Below are positions 53,307-64,000 of a stretch of 64,000 nt of DNA, in pieces. The DNA comes from Monocercomonoides exilis PA203 (Eukaryota; Protista; Preaxostyla): assembly GCA_001643675.2 (NCBI GenBank), contig LSRY02000070.1, forward strand, positions 124,001 through 188,000, read 5' to 3'. Made by a program: the position numbers and the translations under genes. The notes below the pieces were generated by a model. It was given only the letters and a program-made list of their open reading frames with translations, did not search any database and had not been told where the DNA came from. Within the stretch, counting starts at the first letter, position 1. The number at the start of each line of letters is the position of its first letter.

Positions 53307-55142
53307 TTAAGTCACAAAGAATTAAAAGAAATAAACTGTCATGAACTGAGAATTAAAGGTATGAGAAATTATTTGTTTTTTAAAAAAGATTCAGGCAAAC
53401 TTCTCGTTTCGCCAATCAGCTGTGAAAAGAGCTCAGGTATGTTTGAAATAGAATATAAAATTTTGAAAAAATTGGAAACAAAAAAAAGAAAAATTTTTGA
53501 AAGAAAAGATAATAACAAAAATGATATTTTCAATTTTGAAAAAGGAAAAATCGGAAAAGGTTTGAAGAAAGTTATAGAAAATAGAATGACATTTTTGAAT
53601 TTACATAAAGAAAAAGATTTTATGAATTTTTATGATAATTTCTTTAATAATTTAAATAATTCTTTGGATTCAAATAGCTTGACAAGTGAAACAGGTATGT
53701 CACAGGTGTGTAATTTAAATTCTGAAAATTCATTTTGTGATTCATTTTCTGATAATTATTCTTTTAACGATTCTATTGAAAATTCTTTTTTTAATTAAAA
53801 CACTTATTTTTGCAAATTTTCATTGTATAATTTGAAAAAATAGATATGAAGGAATTTTTCTTTTTTCTTTTTCTTTTCTTTTCTTTTTTTTTTTGTCTGT
53901 TGTGAGTGATTGATAATAATTTTTGTAATAAACAAACTGTAAAATTATTTTGAATTTTATTTCAATTTTATTTATTATTAATTATTTCATATTTTCTTTT
54001 TTTTTTTAATTTAACAAACAAATTAATTAATAAAAAATAAAAGTTAAATTAACTTAGAAATAACAAATATTTGTTTATGCTTATCCGATGAAACCGAAAA
54101 ACTTTCGGCAGAGGACTAGACTGATTCCATCCTGTTTCTTAATTCTTTTTTAATAATTGAGAAACTTGAAGGACTTGGGTCCAGAATCAGTTTCCCAGGT
54201 AAATAAATGTTTGTTATCGTTTTTTTTAGAAAATAAAAAATTTTAAAACTGTTCAGTGAATTATTAAATTTTATGTAGAAATTATTGTCGAAATTACGGG
54301 TGGAACAAAATTTGGAAAAAGAAAATTTTGCCCCATGTGAATTATTATAATAATAAATCTTTTATAAAAATGAAAAATAAAAAATTAATAATTATTTTTC
54401 ATTCATTATTTTTTCAATCAAGTTTGAAGGAGAAGGTGAGGTTTAAGTGGCAAAAAAATAGTGTTACACAAACAACACCCCCATAAAAACACAAAAAGCT
54501 TAATTGAATTATTCTTTAAATGAAAAAAAAAGTAATTAAAAAACTTGATTTAAACGCCAAAAAGAAAAAGAAAAAGAAAAAGTTATCAACAAAAATAAGC
54601 TTTCAGTCAAATTTTAATATCAAAAAAATCAAAAAAATCAAAAAAATAAAAAGATAAAAAATAAAAAGATAAAAAAATAAATCTCAAAGAATGTCTTTTG
54701 CTGAATGAAGAAAAAAATAACAATTTAATTTCATTTAAAAGACCCTTAAGAGGCAAAAAGCGAGAAAAATAACGAAAAAAAGGAAGAAAGGAAAGAAGCA
54801 GAAAGAAGAAAAGAAAATGTTATAAAAAGGGGGGAAGAAAATAAAATTGAAAATAAAAATAAATAACAAATAATATTTCGAAAACGAAAACGAATAAAAT
54901 TAAAATATAAAAAATAAGATTCAACACAAAAAAATTTAAACACATTGAAAAATGAAATAGAAGAAGAAAAAAGAAAAAAGAAATAAAAACAATAACTTTT
55001 CACGGATCAAATTCTATTATTCTTTCTTTTTCTTTTTCTTTTTCTTCTTCAATTTCTTTCTCTCTTCTCTCTCTCTTCTCTCTCTCTCTTCTCTCTCTTT
55101 CTCTTTCTCTTTCTCCTCTCTTTCTAACTGTTTCCTCTCCTT

Positions 55143-56825
55143 TTAATTCTCCTTATTCTCCGCTCTTCTCTTCTCAATGCTCATCTGCGTCAGCTCCTTC
55201 ACCTGTATCGGGTCTCCCTTATACTCCGGATGCTTCGCCCTCCACTCCTTCTCTGCCTCTCTCGCTGCCTTTGTCAGCTCTCTCACTTCATCCTCGCTTT
55301 GATTCGTGACCTGCTTGCAAAACGTTGGTGCCTTCCCGAAATGAGTCGAAGGGTTGTCCTGATTAATCCCCTTTCTGCACACACAGCAGAAGTTGTACCC
55401 GCAACTGCACCGCATGTGATTGCACCCTTCCTTCTTCACAATCGCCGCATAGCAGCTGGGGCAATAGCGAATCCACTTCTCGTCAACCGCCATCTGCACA
55501 TGGCGGATAAGCGAAGCCTCGTTCTCCTCCTCCAGCTTCGGACACTTCTCCCCTTTTTTGTGCGCTTCTTTATTGCAGATAGTGCAGATGAGCTTGCCAC
55601 ACCGCTGGTTTCTGCAGTAAAAGATGGGTGGAAGAGGAATATTTGCTGGAATTTCCTCGTGATATAGGCAGAACGGGCAGAAGAAGCAGTTTATTCCACT
55701 CTTTCGCACCTCCTGCAGACTCGCCAGCTGCGCCCACCGCAGAAACAGTTCTCCACCGTACAATGCGCGAAAGATCGTGGAGAAGGTGTATGTCTTGTTG
55801 CAGCTGCAGTCCGCAAAGCAGTGCAGCGTCGCCATGTTCATCTTCACACAATGCCGCACCTCCTGCTTGAAGCATGAAAGACAGATTGCATGGCCATCTG
55901 GGCACTTCACACAGCTCACCCCTGCCACTTCATCGAAGCACGACGGACACTCCACAAGGAACCACAGCTTCGCTGCCTCAGAATTTAGAGGCGCCTGCTT
56001 TGCCAGCAGCGCTTTTTTCGCCTCGAGGCCTTCGATTCTGCGGGATCGGTTCTCTCTTTTGCGAAAGATCATCTTCTGAAGCGCTTTCACATCATCTGCC
56101 AATCGCTTGACTGTCGCAGGCAGTGGGGTTTGAGGAAATGGAATTTTCACATGGCATTTGCGCAAAAAATCCGAGGTTATGTCTTCGGGTACTTCTTTGA
56201 TAACGTCCGTTGAACCACTTGGCTTTGAAGGATTCGTTGAAGATGATTTTTGTTCCACAAATTCTTTTTCATAATCATCAAGTTCCATTTGTTTTTGTAA
56301 TTTCCACAAAATTTTCCAAGCATTTTTTAAATTAAACTCGCTTCTCGTGAGTATTGTCATTGTTAGTATATAATGTAACTGAGGAAATTCATTTTTCAGA
56401 AAACAGAAAGCTGCTTGAATGTATTTATCTGATTCTTTCTCGGGATCTGCCTCATCCACAATTCGGATCTTTGCTTCAGGTGTTTCATTTATGCGTTCTG
56501 GATTTATTGAAGACTGTAAATCTTGAAGAAGTTCTTCCTTCTCTTCAGATTCATCTTCTTCTTTAACAGGATATTTCCCATTCAAACTAAGCAAATGCTC
56601 AATAATTATGTTAACGTAGTTTGGGCTACCACAGTTGCTAATTAAGAGTTCTTTAACATAATAAATTGAAATATTGTTGAATCGTTCAAGAATTTCTTTC
56701 AAATCTTTCTTCAATTGAACGTCGCTGATTTTTGGCTTCTCATTAATTCCAAAAGGCAAAAGCAAAGCTTGGTCAAAAAATTCGAGATCAATATCTTTTG
56801 CATCATTTCCTTCGTTTGTGGTCAT
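55143..56825 (-). CDS. RBR (RING1-IBR-RING2) E3 ubiquitin ligase, RNF216/TRIAD3-like
   Basis: RING1 CPSCFDE..CPDGHAICLSC..CFADCSC, IBR CPFC..CRNQRCGKLICTICNKEAH..C, and RING2 CPSC..IVKKEGCNHMRCSCGYNFCCVC with the catalytic Cys in GCNHM. Intact 560-aa ORF. Confidence 0.92.
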   Translation of the reverse strand: MTTNEGNDAKDIDLEFFDQALLLPFGINEKPKISDVQLKKDLKEILERFNNISIYYVKELLISNCGSPNYVNIIIEHLLSLNGKYPVKEEDESEEKEELLQDLQSSINPERINETPEAKIRIVDEADPEKESDKYIQAAFCFLKNEFPQLHYILTMTILTRSEFNLKNAWKILWKLQKQMELDDYEKEFVEQKSSSTNPSKPSGSTDVIKEVPEDITSDFLRKCHVKIPFPQTPLPATVKRLADDVKALQKMIFRKRENRSRRIEGLEAKKALLAKQAPLNSEAAKLWFLVECPSCFDEVAGVSCVKCPDGHAICLSCFKQEVRHCVKMNMATLHCFADCSCNKTYTFSTIFRALYGGELFLRWAQLASLQEVRKSGINCFFCPFCLYHEEIPANIPLPPIFYCRNQRCGKLICTICNKEAHKKGEKCPKLEEENEASLIRHVQMAVDEKWIRYCPSCYAAIVKKEGCNHMRCSCGYNFCCVCRKGINQDNPSTHFGKAPTFCKQVTNQSEDEVRELTKAAREAEKEWRAKHPEYKGDPIQVKELTQMSIEKRRAENKEN

Positions 56826-57701
56826 TTTTTGATTAATAGTTATTTGTTATGCTTTTGATCAATTAATAATTTCATCACAGACCTGAACTTACAGCATTTC
56901 AGTTGTTACAAAAGAATGCATGACGCAGTCTGGAAAAGTGTTTTCTATATTTTTTTATTACTCTTCTTTTTGTGATCAGCACTTTTTTTCATTAGGGTGG
57001 AAGTCTCATAACCTCTGTTCTTTTTGTTCTCTCATTATTACAGTATTTATATGCATCAATTTATGTTCAACCAGATACAGGGAACAATAACACTGATTGT
57101 CTTCAAAAAGGAATACAATTTCCATGTAAAACTCTTCATAATGCAGTAAATAACGCTGAAGCAAATACAGAAATAATTTTTACTGCAAACATTTCTTACT
57201 AAAATTTTTATTGTGTTGTTATCGATTCAAAAACAAACCTAACAATAAAAGGTTCAAATACAAATGTCTCCTTATTTTCTGATTCAACAAACAGAGAAAC
57301 ACTTTTTTCATGCAACAACAATGATACGTAAGTTTCATTGTTTATTTCATTGTTATTTTGATGTTTGTGTTTATTTGCCTTTTTGACAATTTCAAAAATA
57401 ATTATAAAAGCTGAAGCTAATGGTGAACTTAGTGTTTCCAAGTGCAAAAATGTATCGATTGCTAACGTCACAACTCAGGAATTGGATGCATCGGGTTTGG
57501 TCTTCTTCAACATTTGATTTTAATGTTAATGAAAATATTTACACTCATTTTTGAATTGATTAATTTCATCATTTTTATCTCCCTTTAATTTCACTGAAAG
57601 ATCCATTTCGATTCTTAGGATTAAGATTAACAAAGACATAAAGTCATGTGCTCAAACCCTTTGCAACAATAACTGTTATGTGTATGTATCCAGAAGCAAC
57701 T

Positions 57702-58103
57702 TCACAAAAATCTCCTCAGTTGATCAGACATCAAAGATCTCCTTCGGCTACTTCGAAGGCTGCCCAACTGTAGGCTTTGATGGGCTTTCTGTAACCATCC
57801 AGTGCGGATTCGTAGTGAAAATGCTCTAATGCCAGACAGTTGCAGTAAAGAACAGCAAGCTCCGCCAGATGGGCACATACTCTGGTCAAATGGGAAAGCA
57901 GATGAATGAGCACTTCGCATTCGCTGCCATCGGCGCAGAAGATCTGAAAGTCGAGTTTTCGACGTTTTCGGTGTCTGGCTGTGCGGACTGTGTTGGGTGC
58001 TGCTATGTGGCTGGGGGAGTCCGACTGTGGTAACCGTGAGTGATTCGTTGCTCTTCTCTGCAAGCACTTTAAGTGGTGGCCTCAACAGCAATGGTCTTCT
58101 CAT
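57702..58103 (-). pseudogene. GC-richer coding-like remnant, possibly the 3' part of the locus interrupted by the TIR element
   Basis: Reads ..NNNMRRPLLLRPPLKVLAEK.. directly from the (AAT)n tract at the element boundary. No recognisable domain. Confidence 0.3.
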
Positions 58104-58122
58104 GTTATTATTATTATTATTA

Positions 58123-61100
58123 CACCAAAAATAATTCAAAATGTAAATTTTTGCGTTCAAAAAAATAAAAATTGCATTCAAAATAAAAAATTTGCAAACA
58201 AAATGAGAACTTTTGCGTTCAAGATGGAAAATTTGCAAACGAATTAATAATTTTTTAAAACGAAACAATAGATGAATTGTGAATAGATTTTTTTCATTTG
58301 AATAGATTCAACTTATTTGAATGAACTGGGTTTTTCTTAAATGAAGTCATGTTATTTTAAATGGTTGAAGTTACACTTGAATAAAGTGCGATACACTTAA
58401 ATAAAGTTTTTTATGAAAAAGTGGTGAACACTTATTACAATATTTTTGTGTTTTATCTTTCACTTTATCAACAAAAAAAATGAAAAAGTCAAATTAATTA
58501 TGATTTTTCAATATTCTCAAAAAAAATTTAAGATATGTAAAAAAGAAGATTTTATTTGACAAAAAGAAAGAGAAATGAATGCAAATATCATTTTGTTATC
58601 GTTATTCTATTCTATTTTCGACTTTTTAACTTTTTTTGATCACTGTATAATTAAATATAAAAAACAAAATTTTGTTTTTATTGAAGTTCGTGGAGTGATC
58701 TGCAGCCAACAAAGCATATAATTTCGAATCTCTCAGTCAAGTCGACAGGTTGAAGCTGCTTTCATCTTTGCAACTTTCTCCATTGACTGGGCATATTTCA
58801 TTTTCATTGATAGATTTCTTTTATCAAACCTCTCTTTATAAGTCTTCTCTTCCTTTTTGACTGCTCTCCTCCACTGCTCTTCTTGTAATATCTCCATCGT
58901 AACCATCTCAAATGCCTTAGGATCCTTTCTGATGTTATCATTCACAATCTCTTTCAGATCATCTGCTTCATTCTTTGCCTTTCTCCATCGAACAGCCAGA
59001 ATAGCAACAATTACAAGCAGAAGCACATCAAATACAACACGCACAATCTCAACAATTGGCCAAAATGATTTTTCTTTCTTTCCCTCCTTCAACAAGTTTT
59101 CCATCTCCATTTAGCTCAGATTTAGTTCTGTTCTTCAGGATGAATGACTCCGTTCATGAAAGAGAATCAATCTTTCCAAACAAGATCTTTACAGATACTT
59201 ACGTTTCCTCAGATGCATTGTTACAATTGATGCTGGAATGGCTTCATGAATCTCTGTTTCACCTGCAAACTCTACTGACAGATGCGGATACACCTGGAGT
59301 TCGTGAACCATTCAATCGAAGGAATCAACCTGGAGAGCCAAGTGGCAATGCAGAAGCAAGGAGCCAGTATGATCAATTGAAAGAGTGCTCCCTAACTGGC
59401 GAGATATCACTGAATTCAGATACTGAATGAAGAACGGAGAATCCCTTTCTGAAGCGACTATAGAAAAATTGCATTCCAAATTCAAAGCCCAAAGTGATGA
59501 GTTCTCTTTTAAGCCATCTCCGCCTTTCGGGCTTTGAATATTCAGAAGCGCATGACCAGAGCAGGCGATGCAGTTCCTTATGGATGAATAGCCTACTGCA
59601 TTTGGGCTGTTGCTGGAAAACAGCACAAACTGAATTTGTTTGTTTCCTCCAGAGATCGACAGCCTTCACTTGGATGAATTGGAGATTGTGGTGTCTGATA
59701 TTCTTCCTGTGCAATCCTGAAGATCAACCATTAATCCACTCCACTGGCACAGCTCTTCTGATCGATCATCGCTCGCTCTCAACTCTGGTTCGCTTGCTGC
59801 TCCATCAAACACACACGATGATACGAAAGCATTCCCCAAATCTGACAAAGCTGGAATGCTCCATTTTTCAGATAGCGAAGCACACATTTTGTTCAAGCAG
59901 TTTATTCCAGCAACAAAGACGAAGATGAAGAGGCCAAGCGTCATGCACCAAGTGAACCATGGGTAATGGTTTGATTATGATAACAGCTTCAGTTAGAATA
60001 ACGAAGCATTTGATGCAACGCGCCCTGCACATCCTTCTTCAAGCATTGCGTTTGAAATAGCCAAGAATGATCTCAATATCTGAATCTTGGCATTCTATAG
60101 AAAGCAAAGAACCAGACAGCACAGATATGGCATCGAATTCCGAATGATAGCGTTGGATGCTTGAATGATCTCCTGAACTTTATGAGGAAAACACAATCAA
60201 GCTTGATTTGCTCTTTGCATTTCGGATTTGAACCTTCTGCAGCTGGGAGTCTTTGCAGTTGTGAAGGAGAAAGGCGGATTGTTCAAGTGTGCAACTGGAA
60301 ATAAGCACTTGCTGCGTTGAGATGTTTACCAGATTGCGGAAGTCCAATAACACACCAGAATTCACATCAGAAATGTTCAAGTTCATATCTGATCAATGTT
60401 GTCCGTCTCTTGCTGCTACGCATGAAGCACTAATACGAGGGGAAACAAAAGTGCATCCGTTGATCGATAGCCTGCCATTCTCCACAAGAATGATGGTGCA
60501 GTTCAGTTTCATTTCAGAATTTCCACTCGAAGCTTCTTGAGCAAAGATTGTGTCTGCAATCGACAAGTTGCCATCAGCATGCGATATTAAGCTGGAATGA
60601 GAAGAAGAAAGAGCGCTCCCAAACAAAAACGAAAGAGATTCCATTTTTACTCTCGACGAGCACGAAATGAAACAACCCATCTTTCTTTCAATGCTGCTGT
60701 TCAGCAGAATAATCCCTCTTACGCCTTCCACATCCAGCGACTTGATCCAAACATCTCAAGCGCTTGCTTCCCCTGACACCACAGCGCTTTTGTCGATGAG
60801 CAAATTGCTGTAAACTGAAGGAATGATGTGGGGCAGCGCAACATTCAGCGAAATGCAAGGCTCGCTCATTTCCCCACACTTCCGGAGATCAGACGCGTTG
60901 CTGGTTGATGAAGAACCAAATATTGTCTCGCTATGATACACAACAATAAGCAGCAACATATCTTGCCCGTCAGCATAGTCTTGTGCGGTGCATTCCCACA
61001 TAGCAAACTCCCGAACAAACGGTGCTCTGAAATCGAGCTGGAACGGTTTGTTGCCAATTTGAATTTTTTCATTCGCGCATTTTTCATATAAGTCTCTTCC

Positions 61101-62717
61101 AACAAATGCTTTGTCCTCCATGAATGCGGTGTTTTTAAACAGGAAAGGAAGCAGGCCATCTCTTGTGATCAAAGAACAATCCAGGAACATCGCGCCTCCT
61201 CTGCCGGTCGCTGAGCAGAAACATCCAGAGATCGAACAAAAGTTGCAGTGGAACAACGAGCCTTCGCTCAATTTCATGGCAATGCATCCGCCATTCTCAC
61301 TCAGGATGCTTCCGCTGCTCTTGATCGACGTGTTTTGGACAAGCACGCGGGAAGGCTCGCTTCCACAGCAGCTGATGATCGATGGCTGAGAAGGAGCACT
61401 TTGGCGAAGCGAAAAAAGCGCGTAACATTTCAACTGAACTATTTCACTGTTAACTTCAATTAATCCTATCAACTCGCCTCTCCACACAGCCTGTGAAAAC
61501 ATGACAACAATTCTTCTGATCATCAACTCCATATTGCTCATGGAAACATTTGTCAAATCAATGCTGCTCTCATGTGATGCAGTTAGAACGTGGCCTCAAC
61601 ATTCGATGGATTGAAACTGTTTGAATAACATTTCGCATATTTTAAACAGGAAACCTCTAACGCAAAATGGAATGTCACTGGAGAAGCGCAGATAAATAGC
61701 AAGAGAAAAGCGGCTGAACTCTGTTCATTATTCAATAAAATAATGATCACAAATAAGTTTGTTTTTGAATCCATTTTTTTAGAAAAATCGATCACAATTA
61801 TTTGTTAATGATTATTTCCGGTCTTTAAATGCTATTGAGCAGATCTAAGTGTAAATATCAGTTGTTTGCATATATATTGATGCAATCCAACACATAATTC
61901 AGCATTATTTTAATTATCTTTATTTGCTCAATAGAAAAAATACATATTTCTTGAAATAAAATACGAAATTCTTCTTTCATCAATTTTTAAAAATGTTAAA
62001 ACGTGTGAATAACATAGTTTGAAGGTCCAACAATCAAAGGATGCAATATTGATATGTTTTGAATCGTTTATTGACGCAAAAGAATTTTAACAGTTTTTCT
62101 GATTTTTTGATCCATTTGATCTTTGAAAGAATTTGACGAAAACAACAAAAATCATTCACAAAACGGCATTATTATAATTCAAATAATTTATGTAAGTTTT
62201 TGCAATCAATTTAATAAACAATAAAAATACTTGTTTTTTTTCAATATTTTCGTAACTCAAATAAACTCAGTCTATCTTAAATGAACTCGGTTCATTCAAA
62301 TGAACTCGATCTATTCGAATTAACATGAGTTCATTTGAATAAACCTAGTTTATTTGAATCAAAAAAATCTATCCAAAATTCATCTAATAATTTTTGCATT
62401 CGAAATAATAATTGTTCAAAACCTAACAAAATTTTGCTCACTCTCTCACGAAATTTTGTGAAAATCATTTTTTCACTTTTGAATCGGAAATGATTTTGTG
62501 CTGTCATTATTTTCTTGTACGTTGGAAATTTTTTTTGAAATGTTTTTAATTTTTTCCTGAAATTTTTAATAATTTCAAATAATTTTTTTCCCTGTGAAAA
62601 CAAAAGATATTTTCATTTCGAATGCAAAATTTTAAATTTCGTTTGAAAAAACTATTAATTCGTTTGCAAATTTTTTAATTCGATTGCAAAAATTCTCATT
62701 TTGAATAATTTTTGGTG
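58123..62717. mobile_element. Non-autonomous TIR element (~4.6 kb) with TA duplication in (TTA)n, carrying a surface-receptor pseudogene
   Basis: Left end (TTA)6|CACCAAAAATAATTCAAAATGTAAATTTTTGC. Right end reverse complement CACCAAAAATTATTCAAAATGAGAATTTTTGC, followed on + by TA(TTA)6. Inverted similarity continues through 58123-~58375 versus ~62252-62717. Confidence 0.65.
58733..61556 (-). pseudogene. Degenerate paralog of the 19803-29094 surface receptor (last ectodomain module, TM and juxtamembrane region)
   Basis: Matches include GRGGAMFLD..KAFVGRD, KCGEMSEPCISL, ELCQWSGLMVD, KGGDGLKENSSLW, ERDSPFFI and VRWRK..IVNDNIRKDPKAFEMVTME..EEQWRRA, collinear with 25900-28030. Many stops and frameshifts. 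Confidence 0.85.
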
Positions 62718-63730
62718 TATTATTATTATTATTATTATCTTCGTCTCATTCTTCATAAACTTCAAAATAATCAAAAGTGAAACAAATTCATCGTATTTAA
62801 AGCATGATTTCATTATTCTTTGTTCTGCCTGAATATTCTCCTTCAACTTCAATGTTTGCTATTTCATTTAATCAAGTATTTTGTCGAAATGCTCTTATTC
62901 TGACTCGTTAATTCTGTTCATTCAGCTGAGAAACCAAATTAAAACAAAAATTGTTTCATTTCATCCCTTAAATTCTGCAGATCAATTGTCAATCTTTCAT
63001 AATTTCATTTTTCATTCACTATTCTCGTGATAAAAAATAGATTTTCTTAACGAATTTATTTCAATTCATCTGATTCAAATCGTTTTTTTCTTCGGCACCT
63101 TCAATAAGTGAATAAAATATATTGTAATTACAATTTCATTCAAATTCTCATCTAATTCAGCTCTTTGCCTCGCCTTTCATTTCTATTCATTATGGCAAAA
63201 AGAATGTTCACACTTTCATTGAATTTAAGCCAAGCCTAACACAACAATGAAATGGGAAACTTTGAGCCAGAAAAGCTGATCAGAAAATGGTCAATTATAA
63301 AATGAAGAGGATTTAACAGTTTTTATTTGGAAGATGAAAGAGGTCCATGTATAAAGAAAATATTATAAAAGCAATTGTTGGATGGAATAAATGATTGAAG
63401 TGATGTTCTTCAGTTTTCACAATTCAAAAAATCTTCAACGAGTGATGGAAGAGTGAAAATTTCACTGACCATCAAAAATAACTGATCCACTTTTAAAAAC
63501 TGAAAAAATGAACAAACAGTAATGAAAGAAAAAAATCACATTCAATTATTATTATTATCATACACGTTAATGCTTTGCAATAGGGATTATTTTTTTAATC
63601 TTTTCAAAAACAACGTAAAAAGAACGATTTTCCTGTTAATAGAAACATTATTAGTCAAAAATATGTGATATGTGTTTTCAAAAAAAAGTTAAAATTCAAT
63701 ATTAAATTACAATGACATAATAAAAATATA

Positions 63731-64000
63731 CTAATAGTTGATTGATCCTCCTTCATTTGAAATAACTGTTTAAATGCGTTTGTGCATCGAATGAACAAGT
63801 TTATTAATAATATCCATTTCAATTCCATTCCAGGCATCCAAAATTGAATGTTTCAGCTCATTCACATCTTTCTTTGGTTTTCCATCTTTGAAAACTATTC
63901 AAGATAAAATGCTCCACACATTTTCGATGATATTCAAATCTGGAGAATAAGGGTGCTATTCAACGCTGGTTATTGAAAAATCTTTGACAATATTTTGCAC
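63731..64000 (-). mobile_element. Tc1-like (IS630-Tc1-mariner) transposase C-terminus, pseudogenised, continuing beyond the window
   Basis: Hand translation: VE*HPYSPDLNIIENVWSILS*IVFKDGKPKKDVNELKHSILDAWNGIEMDIINKLVHSMHKRI*TVISNEGGSINY*. This matches the Tc1 WP.(.)SPDLNPIENxW motif and the LV.SM..R...VI...GG...Y end. Missed by the ORF track. Confidence 0.88.

Larger units (their letters stand above)
50155..53798 (+). mobile_element. Intron-containing Sola(2)-like DDD transposase gene with two nonsense mutations; exons 50155-50329, 50452-50649, 50770-50853, 50960-53225, 53312-53798
   Basis: KRTDLCEIC..H..A..QR, MDFKEN (D at 52597), LSHD..FV, FCDNGPHFR (D at 52846) and FFAEHHGKNECDSKFG (D at 52972). 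Four GT..AG introns all restore frame. In-frame TGA at 52006 and TAA at 52717. No TIRs were identified. Confidence 0.65.

Noticed and set aside
54075-54210. U1 snRNA (minus-strand ATTTACCTGG) or hammerhead ribozyme
   Set aside because: No U1-70K loop, U1A loop or clear Sm site, and the hammerhead core CTGANGA..GAAA is not matched. CAG|GTAAAT is better explained as a splice donor.
49940-54750. TIRs/TSD for the Sola-like transposase
   Set aside because: No convincing inverted match between the flanks by eye.

Overview
Eukaryotic, AT-rich, intron-containing protist DNA using the standard genetic code. By inference it resembles the oxymonad Monocercomonoides: short GT(T/A)TG..AG introns, poly-Ser low-complexity proteins, and giant Cys/Gly-rich receptor pseudokinases. 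Apparently intact genes are a NEK kinase (5' partial), a casein kinase 1 with a ~2,500-aa low-complexity tail, a ~3,050-aa beta-helix surface receptor with a degenerate kinase C-lobe, two members of an unknown helical family, and an RBR E3 ligase. The rest is largely decayed: a third frameshifted member of the helical family, two inverted IQCH-like fragments, a USP deubiquitinase, and surface-receptor fragments. Three DNA-transposon superfamilies are represented (Merlin/IS1595-like, an intron-containing Sola-like DDD transposase with 33-bp minisatellites, and Tc1-like), plus a 391-bp foldback element. The most notable unannotated structure is a ~4.6-kb segment (58123-62717) with CACC..GGTG terminal inverted repeats. 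It is inserted with an apparent TA duplication into a (TTA)n tract and carries a decayed copy of the surface-receptor gene, so it is a candidate gene-capturing 'Pack' transposon. All family assignments come from reading motifs by eye; no database searches were run.
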